DNA from: Fimbriosthenelais zetlandica
Lineage: Eukaryota
DNA length: 64,000 nt
Direction of reading: 5' to 3'
Assembly (NCBI GenBank): GCA_977030845.1
Contig: OZ365111.1
Location: 41,912,001 to 41,976,000 of the forward strand
Positions 1-10,731 of the stretch are shown one piece after another (position 1 is the stretch's first letter; each line of letters starts with the position of its first letter). Position numbers and translations under genes: made by a program. Under the pieces are notes generated by a model that was given only the letters and a program-made list of their open reading frames with translations, was not told the origin of the DNA and did no database searches.

Positions 1-2489
1 AGGGGACTGTCAAGAAGAGTAAAACCTTAACCCATCACACTACCGGTACACATTATGTCGCCAGGTCATGTGACAAGATATCGCCTTTGTCACTTGTGGA
101 GATGATCGGAAAGCCATATTCGCCCATTGCACAACCAACTGTCGACTATGCATTGCCGATTTGCAACATCAAGGTTGATTGCATTTGCGACATGTTGTGT
201 TGTAGCGATATTTGTCGCGAAACAAAGTCAACGCTGTGGAGTATGAATGGGTTTAAAATCAAAGAAAGACAGGACGGGAGGTAAAAGAGGAAAGGGAAGA
301 AAGAAAGGAGTAGGAACAATAACGTGTTTGGGAATAATTACACATACTGAGCGAAAGGTGCACTGGACTACATGGGTCCGACTACACTGCGGCGATTTTG
401 CTGGCGACACGACTGCGACATGTCTGTGATAATATTTAACTTACCCGGTTAATTTATTGAAAAAAAAAAATTAAGATGGAAATGTGGGTGTTTGTAATTC
501 AAAATATTTTGAGAATAGACATGATAACGAGTGTAGGTTAATTATTAATTAAAAATATTTTTTTTAAATCAGCATCATATATTCATATAAATATATTCAT
601 AATCAAACCAAATGTATGGAGTATTAGAGAGAGTATTAAAGCCTTGCCTACGAATGGGGCTGTCTGTTAGACTGAGTTGACAATTAGGAAAAAATAACAC
701 TTAGAATGCTGTTACCTTGTAGTGGTACCATTCCTACCTATTGTGTATAGACAGGACGGGAATTGATGAAGGATAAAAAAGGCAAGGTCTCCTGATCCAG
801 TTTCCTTTCATTTTTCCTGTTTTTCTTTTGCCAGGTTTTGCATTCATTTCTAAGTCATCACTATTCCTACAATTTATAAACTTCCCCTGTAAGGGGAATG
901 GGCGAGGAATTGACAAGAAAAGGGCGGGATCGGCGAGCGAGGAGGAACATTCCTCTCTCCTCTCCTGGCACTCTTCTAACTAGGCTCGGTCATGCCTTCA
1001 TTTCTTGTGTTTTCATGCGATTTTTTGGAGGCTGAGAGAAACGCAAGTGCAAACCTTAAACAATGACTCGCCCCACCTATATAAGAGTTAATATTGTCAG
1101 GAATGAAATTGTATCTAATATAGCTTTGTTATATTTTAAATAATATTTCGAACGATTCATAGTTCTAACAACACCAGAGTGGAACGATTGTCATATAATT
1201 AAATAATACATCATGTATTATAATTAAATGCCAATCGAAAACCACAATCATTTGTAATTAAGCTATAAAAACAAAAATAAAAGTTTTCTCGAAACCTTCA
1301 ACCCTTTAATGTAGGCCTTTCAGTTTAAACTATTTTAAATATATATATCTACCTTGAAAAATAATATATTTAACTTATCAAACTGTGTGCTATCAATGTA
1401 TGCCGCCGTGGGGTGGGGGTATCAGCCGTAACGATGGTTACGAGGGATGGGCGTGTCGCTCCTTTATAGTATTGCCTTTATAGTCTTCTGGTGTACACCC
1501 CTCATAAAATACCACTCCTGTTATATAGCCATGGGTGGTCAGTTTAACATTCTACCATAAACTTGGTATCAATTATAGGTTCAGATTAAACTGGTGTTTT
1601 CTAGCTTCCAGCAGCTTTCCTTTTCTATAGATGTTGCATGAGCTAATAATATTAATTATCTCAAATATGAAATTAGATTGGGGAAAGTAAATTGGGGTAT
1701 GTTTTAAATACATATTTATTATTCTTGCTCACGACAAGACAAATCTGAATTGTCCCGATCATAATTTCGACAGGTGTATTCTTGGAATGTTATTTTATGC
1801 GAGGCAGGTCAACATTATGAGCCTTTGTCCATATGCAACCCTGCATGCAGATCTTTAAAGAATAGGAAGAAACAATGTGACAACTAAGGGTGGGTAGGTG
1901 TCCAAAATCGCATAAAAAGCGTGACATTCCTTATGAATAGCTACTCGTCTCATAGAAAATGCATTGACAATTGGATATGGCTTTTAGATAACATAAATCT
2001 ACGTGTATACATGTATGGAGAAACAGCCATATATATATGGACAATAAATTATCTGCCAATACTTTGAGTGAGTTTGGAGATGGGACAAAAATGCATTTAC
2101 ACAGGTTGAAAGGGTGCGAGAAAGAAGCTGAGTGTAAAATGCCATACATCACAGACACACACCTGACACATTTAACCAAGAAGAATGTGTTCTAAATCAC
2201 AAAATGAAGAATCCGGGATTTTAAGCAAATCTTATACATTTCTTTGAAGAAAGGAGAACCTGCTGTTTTAATTGTTGGCCGACTGTGGGACGCATACAAA
2301 TGGCCGCTTTACCCTGCAGCCGTGATATATGAGAACAGGGAGTTCACAGCACACGCATTCATTTCGGGAATTTATTCATGGCTTGTAATTTCCAATCGGC
2401 CCGAAGGACAATCTGAGATTGGGTAAAATTGGGACGATATTTTTAACATACATACTGAGATTGTTGGTGCAAATAGATTACTGTTGGTT

Positions 2490-2725
2490 CAGTGATTGAG
2501 CAGAATCAGTCTGACACTGATCAGTTTGATTCAACATTATTTAGTCAGTTAAATATTAATCAGTGATTGACATAGGGGTCATTGTACAACAATTTCTTAA
2601 TGCGCAATGACTCAGTGATTGTGCAGAATTAATCTGATATTGATCTGTGATTAACATTAATTAATCAATCACATAAATTATTGATCAATGATTGATATAA
2701 TTATGGGTCACTGCACAACAATATT
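2490..2725. repeat. Degenerate ~123-bp tandem duplication
   Basis: cagtgattgagcagaatcagtctgacactgatc (2490) vs cagtgattgtgcagaattaatctgatattgatc (2613). Both copies end ...gggtca(t/c)tg(t/c)acaacaat. Confidence 0.7.
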
Positions 2726-5700
2726 TAGCCCTTGGACGTGCAATGGCCCCATGTTGAATCATTTAATTATAGATCACATGTTATGTCTATATGTCTATAT
2801 GTCTTGATTGGATGTTTTCTCCACACAATTCTTGTGTTTGGGGACAGCAACTGTCACCAACAGATAAAGTGATGAAAAAATAAAGATGTTTTCTATAAAT
2901 CCGCCCCACCCCCGTTGGAGAGATGGCATTTAAACTTCATACAAAGTTCTTTTTAAAAAACTTTGAATACATTAAATTCATGCTGAATACCCAATTTCAT
3001 ATTAATTAATCAAAATAATTAACGTAATAATGAAAAAAAACTCATGCAAGCCAGGATATATAGGCAAGGGATGCACTATGTCATCAAATAATCCACTATA
3101 GCCCATATCTGATATAAATTTGAGTGGAACTGCAATGTATTGAGAAATGCATGATGCAGCATCCATCTCTTCAATGTAGCCTAATCGTTTATGCTGGAAG
3201 TGAATGGTTACATGGGGTGATAAAAGGCCCATAGATCTAGTCACACACGAGGGGTTAAAGCTCTGTACATTTTTATCCCGGAAGAAGATAGATAAGAATG
3301 GGAAAATAAGTATGGCCCATGCTGGGTACCAGTTGAAATAGCTGCCTGCCCCTCTGTGCCATCCGTCTTCAGTTGTTTTCCAACTCCTCCAGGGCCCGTT
3401 TCAGAATAAAGATGGGCCGTAATATTAACCAATGGTAAGCCTATGAGGTAATGTAGAACACCTATCTTTTGAATCAGACCCCTATAGATATATATGTACC
3501 CTTGATGAAATACGGGTATCCTGTTGGCCACAGATAATCTATATGGAAAATATAAATGATAGGTGTTGAACAGAAGATGCATGCTAAGAATAACAAAACC
3601 TATATAATATTCTTGTTTTCTGCCTATAGGACGTTGCTGCGGTTACTAAACCTATTTATACAAATAATTCTCTAAGCTTCATCTATCAATTAAGAGACCT
3701 TTTTCAAAAAAGTTGTTTCACTACATACTTGAGGAATAAGCTATTGTACTTTAATATTTGATTTCTATCCGGTGCCCATTGATATACGCAAATCATTAGT
3801 AATTTAGTAAAGTATTTTGCAAAAATAGCAACATAGAGTATGCATTATGTAGAACTAAAAATGAGTAAAATGTAATGAAGAATTACAGTAACAAGTAAAG
3901 TCCACTCCATCGTGGAATCTAATTATTTATCATACGTATACATTTTAACCACACCCCGACACCCCAATTAATGCAAATTATATTTTTTATCTGCCATACT
4001 CAAATACCTGCCTAGCCTCTTCTTTTTTTTGTTTTTCCCCTTTTTTAACATTTACCACTTAATGTCATGCTTGTTGACAATTGCATAGACACTCTCAAGC
4101 TGTTATGTACGTGCATGATACAACCTATATGTACTCCATAGCCATCCCCTCTCTCTCTCTCCCTCTCCTAACGGGTCAAGAGATGTAAAAGATCCCCATT
4201 TTCTTCCCACCCCCTCCACCCACGCCTCGATAAGTGTTCCACATACACTGTAACAGAAAATCTTATTCCATGTTCTTCTCCAGAGCTATTTACCACATCC
4301 ATATCGATGCCATCTCTATAACCAATGTGGCCTGCATTTTTTTATTCGTTTCCCTTCCGTCTCTCGATTATAGGCGGTTCATTCCATCCACCTTAAAGTG
4401 GCAGTATAATGATTATAGGCCTATATTATCGTCCCAGTGGACGTAGGCCTACATGTATACGCCAATTTGCGGCGCATGTATTAAAACAGTCCTTGGATTG
4501 AATAGGAGATATATAGTTGGATTTATAGTTTGGATTAAAGGTGACATGGCAAAGAAATAAGAGACCAAAGCTCGTGTAATTTACCTTTACCATTCACATG
4601 AGGAGTCATTATATTGTGATATATAGCCCATTTTTAATGCAGCTTCACTGTCATGGTACATAAGCAATATTCGTCATCAGATACACACAAGGAAAACCAT
4701 GAATCTGAAAAAGTTTTTGTAGGGAAAATAAAGGTTCAAGACCCGAGAAAATGTTGAAATCAAGTCCACCAAAATAAAGGTTTCACAGGGAGGACTACTG
4801 GAGCGTATTGAATGCCACTTTAAATCTTGGGTCTGCGCTGCCAGAAGCCTGATACAGTGTGGGGTGGAAGCAGAAAAGAAAAGCAAAATACTAAGGCAAT
4901 GTGCAAACACCGGGAGCAATCTGAGATGAAATGACTGCTGTAGGGCGATCACGTTCGGTATAAACTGTCTTTTCTTTTCTACTTGTCATCTGATGACCCA
5001 TACATTCAACTTATAGGATCCAACACATATACAGTACTCACTATTACATGCCCAAATATTATTATTTTAATAATAATAATTATATTGTTATGCTTAATGA
5101 TTAACCATTAGTACAAATACAGATTAATTGTCCTCCTTTGTATCAATATAGATAACACTGGGAAGCAAGTTATTTTGTGATTGCTATTATGTGAATTTCC
5201 TCGTGAATTGAAAAGAAATGAATATAGTATTGATAACAATAAAGGAGATCATTCAAATTAAATATTAAAATTTTAACCTTTATTTTGAATTATCTCCTTT
5301 TTTGCTGTAAGCCTTGCACCATAGATTCGACGGTCACTTTAATGCTAATTGGTCATGCTCATCTTTTTCAACATTTTTGCCGGAATGTCAAGAAACTTGC
5401 AGACCTTCATGCATTCGGAAATCCCCATACGAAACGCATTCGACCCACTGTTTACATTCTTTTGAATAATCGCCCCATGTTTTTTTTCAACAACACAAGT
5501 CAAATATTCATCAACATTTCGACCACGGCTTTGCTTTTCGTGCCACGCCCATTCCCTAAACTTTCTACGACTTAAAATCGAGGTAATAATTCTATTTTTT
5601 AACTTGAAAGAGGTGGGTAGAAGTTTGTGGCTTGCCAGGCACGTGCATTGGCACCTCCAGTCCTCTTCTGCATACCGGTTATAGGGACCACTTCAAAAGT

Positions 5701-8700
5701 ACCCGTTTTTTATTTGTTTTTTCTTCCATCCGTGGAAGACCCACTTCAATGAAAAGAAGAAGATGGTCGAATACCTGTCATTGTTCACCAATTTAATATT
5801 AACTATACTCTGGCAGCATTCTAGGACTGTTATAAAGGATAATTTTATAGGGTATATTTAGGCCTACAGTATTAAAATTAACGGATGTCCCCCCACTCTT
5901 AAATTTAAGTGATTTACTTTATAGCAAAGAAAATAATTTTGAACTTTTGAGACGGTCCCTTAGTGGCTATACCTATACAAAACCTGAGACAACAGCGGGA
6001 ATGTTCTTCTTCATAGTGCTGCTACATCCTGAACCATTACTTTCACTAATTTAACACTTGTAATGGATCTAACCCCAACCAGTGCCAATTATTCATGAAT
6101 TTGCTTTTACATCTGCTCCTTTTCACGCACAAATTGGACATGTAATAGTACTAATTAAATTATGGATATTGTAACTCTCTTTTATCAAAACTACGAATAA
6201 TTCAAACTCAAAAGAGCAAAACAATCAGATTAGTGTTTAAATGTACCTCTGCTGCTAATTTCTGGATTAATTAATCCACTAAAAATTCCATAGAATACCT
6301 CAACAGAATAGAGAAACGAGACAGGCAACCTACATTGTCTTAAAATCACTTTTAAATCTAATAAATCTGAAATAATGATTTTAACAATTTGTAATTCTAG
6401 TGACAAGTGTAACAGAGATGGAGTCATAGAGGAACTGCAAATATTTTATCCTAATTATTTATGCAAATTATTTCCTGTATTTTGCTTTGGTCCACTTTCT
6501 GACCCTCTGACTTCGAGTGTTCCCCACCAGGTAGCGGCACCTTCAGCAACGCATAACATCATAACAGTCTCATCAAAGATATACTAATACTAGTACTATA
6601 CTGACACAAATCAATAACATGCCCACTAAGCACTATACGAAGAATCTGAGGAAGATCGGGTGAGATACAATGGAAGGGTCATAACCAACGCAATAACCAA
6701 CTGAATAACCAGAATAAGAAAATGTCTCCTATGAGGTGCCAGCGATCTGATCGCTTGTACCTGGTGATAAGATCGCATCTGATCACCAGGTACCATAACA
6801 ATGCTTTAGTCTAAGGAGTATGGTTATGAAACAAGTCACCAGATCGCTGGTGTTCATTCAAATAATAAAGCGATCTGACCAATATGTACATGCGATCCGA
6901 TCGCTTGTAATTGCATATAAATTGAGCGATTAGATCGTTAGTGATCACTAATCGCCAGTGATCCCTTCCCCCTTGCGACCTAGTGGATAAGCCATATATA
7001 GATTAACTGTGCAAATTACCGGTTATTAAATAGTTTAACCCTATTCAGGGCCTATTAATAAAACTCGTAAAAATGGGAAATGGTAGAAATGATAATTCTA
7101 TTCATACACAACATATTATCATTTGTCGACAAGAAAGGTGAGAAACGAAAAAATAATGGGTCCTGGATTTGACTATAAGTACTATGACCTGTTCAATCCC
7201 CTATAAGATGTAGGCCTAATGTGATTTATTTAGATGATTCCGCAATAAAGTTCATTCATTCATTTTCGCAGGACCTTCAATTCGTAAACAAGGTCAAGGA
7301 AAAGCCAATGATGCAAAAATCACCAAGTTTGGCTAGGCCCATAACCGGGCCTATATTCAATTTGATGGCAGTACAGAAATCCTAAAACATATCGTTAGAA
7401 GAATAATGATTTATAAAAGGGTGCTTACTTGACATGTGCATGGTGTAGTCACTCTGGCTTATGCGCATTTAATCCAATAAAGAATCTTGATTCCTATTGT
7501 TCCACTGAACACAGGTGGGATAACTGAAAAGGTGACAGGAAATCTAGCTTTATATTTGGCGAGGCGACCACTCTTATTATTTTTGGGGAACGTTGATTGC
7601 CTGACTTCCCGAGGCCAAGAAAAACAATGTTTCATTTCTGGAATACTCAACCCCAGAAGTATAGTCTGTGGAAGGTGCCTTGGTAGGCCTACAGATCAAT
7701 GCCCATAATTATAATGAACGCTTAGAAAAACTAAAGAATTTAGAATTGTGAAAAAGTGTTTAATAATATTTTTTTTTCATAATAATACCGGTGTTCCTTA
7801 TTCAGACGGGTTTAGAGAATTTGGGCCTACATTCTCATTACAAATAATTATTTTTAAATTCCGCAAAAGATCTAAAATATTACACAAAGTAAAGTATGTA
7901 GTCAACATTGGGAAGTAAAAAATATATATGTAAATAAAAAATGTTTTCAAATGTGAAACACTACACGTTTCTTGGCCTAAGTCTTTAACTTTAGGCCCTA
8001 TCCACTTGTACCTAGTGCCCTTATGCTAGTTTAACCGCTTCATTGGCGATAGAACGGGTTCGACGTTTGAGCTTCAAACAAGGTGTGACCACACTTCCAG
8101 GCTAAACCTTCAACTTAACTTGGCCTCGTCAGGAAGAGCAGACATATTCTTTAATATTCAAGGGATTCTCTTCTGGTAAGTAAATTAGCTTAGGCCTACA
8201 TTTGTTAGGTGGATATTTACGATCTGTTGGATGACTTTGCCTCCAGGGGGGAATTACTTGGTTCGAGATATTTGTTAAACTTGTGAACTTAATTTAGTTA
8301 AGTGGCCAGTCCAGTGAGGGATTATTAAAGTAGAGCAGTCACTTGCTGATGTTAATTCTCTCTAAACTTATGGACTATGATAATCAAAACTGTAGATAGA
8401 CATATCTACAATCTATGCCAATGCAGTTTCTCTATAATTTGTCAATTTGACCTGGGTAAATGTGGATAAAACTATTAGGCCTTATGCAGACTTGGTATAT
8501 TATAGTTTTGACCATCACTTTCAAGTGATCCATTTTGAGGGAAAGTATGTGAAGATTTCATAGAAATTTAATGGACATAGAGCTGTTGGATGTTTTTGCA
8601 AGACGATTTCACTACCAAAAAATAGTTAGCTTTTCATTTAGACCCGGGGTAATCACCAAAGATTAATATAGGCCTATGTGGTCCATGACCATGTGGCTAA

Positions 8701-9099
8701 AGTCAATATTCTCTTAGGGTTTTTTTTTTCATTAAAAATATCACCAGAATAATTAGGCCTACGGTAATCAAATAATCTATAGCAGTCTTATTTTTTTTTT
8801 AATATTGAAAGCGTAGTTTTATATCAAACTAGGAATAGGCCTAGAGAGTTATTATTTTCATTATTTTGCCATTTCATAAAATTTATTCAAGGGCTGGTTT
8901 GGGCTAATCGGTAGGCCTAACAGGTTAAGCTAAAGTTGATTGAATTATACTATTTTCATATTTACCGTTGCCAAGGAAATCGCAAACTTGAGGCATAGGC
9001 CTACCGGTACCATATTTACAAAATAGTCGTTCAGGATCTTTTTCCAGAAAGTCTTTGGTTGAATTCAGGCCAAAACATTTTACCTTTTATCGCTCACAG

Positions 9100-9860
9100 G
9101 AACACTGCTTCCAGTCTCTCGCCATTTACAGATTCAGACAGCGTGGGCCTAGCTCTGTCCTTTTGGATACCGGTACGATGAATTCTTCATGAAAATCTAC
9201 TGAAGGATTTTAGTTTTTGCTCATTTGGGTGTTTCTTAGATCCACAAACGCCGTCTGAACACTCCAAGCGACGCCCTATCATTGACCATTTAGTTTCCAG
9301 CTTTGCCGGTGGTGGGGTAGTCGCATGGGGCCGAAAGTGACCAAATCTTAGGTCCTTCGTTTGCCCATAGACCTTCAAGCACGTGGTTTGCCACTTTTGC
9401 CGTAGGCCGGTCAACTTTAATATGGTCGTTCCGACCCGTGATGCGGTCGGTCAGCGATTTCCGGTCACGTGCTACCGGACTGTCCGAAGTGAAAACAATA
9501 TGGCGGACGTTGCCGCAATCAACTTTTGACTGTTTTGGCACAAAAATGATGAAGTATCCTACGGTAGCCTAGGCTACTGTTCAATGGAAACATGTAGATA
9601 CTGTTCCACAGGAAATGGGGGAGGGCGGGTGAACTTTTTCAGTCCCCAGCTGTCAGCAGCCAAGGATAGACGCCAAATGTGGATTCGCCTTGGCGGGAGG
9701 TAAACAAACATGAGATGACGGTTAGGCCTATTTTCACCCAGGAGCCCTACAGCTCTGCTTCCAGTCTCTAGCTGTTGACAGGTTTTAAGACAGCTTACCT
9801 CTGTTCTTTTGCATACCGGTAGCATGAATCCCTCATGAAAATCTACCGACGGATTTCAAT
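9100..9860 (+). repeat. Degenerate direct duplication (~9100-9210 vs ~9742-9858), each copy beginning at a splice-acceptor-like AG
   Basis: Identical CTGCTTCCAGTCTCT at 9105 and 9755; TACCGGTA in both; identical TCATGAAAATCTAC at 9187 and 9833. Confidence 0.75.
9460..9510 (+). promoter_or_regulatory. Candidate core promoter of the PRDM gene (E-box plus YY1-like motif)
   Basis: GGTCACGTGC at ~9463-9472 and AATATGGCGG at 9497-9506 in a CpG-rich patch about 1.2 kb upstream of the coding exon. Confidence 0.4.
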
Positions 9861-9988
9861 CCGTCGAGATACCTGTAACGGAAGCAGTGTTATTGTGAAC
9901 GATCTATAGGCTAATAGGGGTTTTGGTGCTGCCATCTTGTGCGCTGCAAGTGAACTGAGCTCCGCCGCGCCTTTACTTCAGCGGCAAA

Positions 9989-10002
9989 CCACCAGGTGGC
10001 AG
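9989..10002 (+). promoter_or_regulatory. Consensus CTCF-binding core
   Basis: CCACCAGGTGGCAG matches the CTCF core consensus CCASYAGRKGGCRS at every position. Confidence 0.45.
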
Positions 10003-10731
10003 TTCAGTTTCTAGTCGCCACAGCTGAGTGCCAAAGCCGGTTAAGCCAAATCATACATATTGACCGTCCGGTGGCGCCTTTGCCACCTCTACGGCAAACG
10101 AAGGAACTAAGATAAGAACTTTCTGCCCCATGCGACTACCCCACCACCGGCAAAATCGGGAACTAATGCTCAATGATAAGTGAATGGGGCGTCGCCGCGA
10201 AATTTCAGACGGCGTTTGTAGATCTAGGAAAGCTCCTAAATGGGCCAAAATTGAAATCAGTCGGCAGTCGGCCTACATGGAGATTTTATCACTTTCAAAA
10301 CAAGAGAGCTATACTCTGTCTGTATAGGTCAGGCACGAACTGACTAGGTAGCCTACGAGATAATGGAAGTAGTGTTGTTGTAAGTGATCCTATCTTAGTT
10401 CCTTCGTTTGCCGTAGGCCTATAGATCGCGAGGACGCCGTCGGACGGTGATCGGGTAGTCGCAAGGGGAAGAAATACTAAGATTGACGGTATGAAGAATA
10501 ATTGTATGTTAATCCTATACTAATAATTAATAATATAATTGTACGGTATGTTAATCCTATACGAAGTAGGCCTATGGGTAGCTTAATGTCACTTGTCACA
10601 GGACGCACGTGTGTGTGTGTACAATTTCAAACACAATAAGTAGGCTACCGGTACGCCTAGGTTTTTCTTAATCATATTCATATCTGGTTAAAATACTCTA
10701 AAAATCTCTTATTTTCCAGGTGATTCCATCT

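Larger units (their letters stand above)
9220..10245. repeat. ~150-bp inverted repeat pair (9220-9365 vs 10093-10245) with a third partial copy at 10391-10470
   Basis: Manual alignment, roughly 80% identical: shared blocks AAACGCCGTCTGAA, TTTGCCGGTGGTGGGGTAGTCGCATGGGG and CCTTCGTTTGCC. 10089-10114 and 10391-10416 form a perfect 26-bp inverted repeat. Confidence 0.85.

Noticed and set aside
3002-3582. Two adjacent minus-strand ORFs (113 and 80 aa) resembling a decayed coding sequence
   Set aside because: I checked all three minus frames. A weak LWPT resemblance to DIRS RNase H is in the wrong motif order, and there is no recognisable domain.
9248-9257. GCCGTCTGAA and its inverse at ~10203-10212, identical to the Neisseria DNA uptake sequence
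   Set aside because: Only two occurrences, both inside the local inverted duplication of an intron-rich animal locus; no other sign of bacterial DNA.
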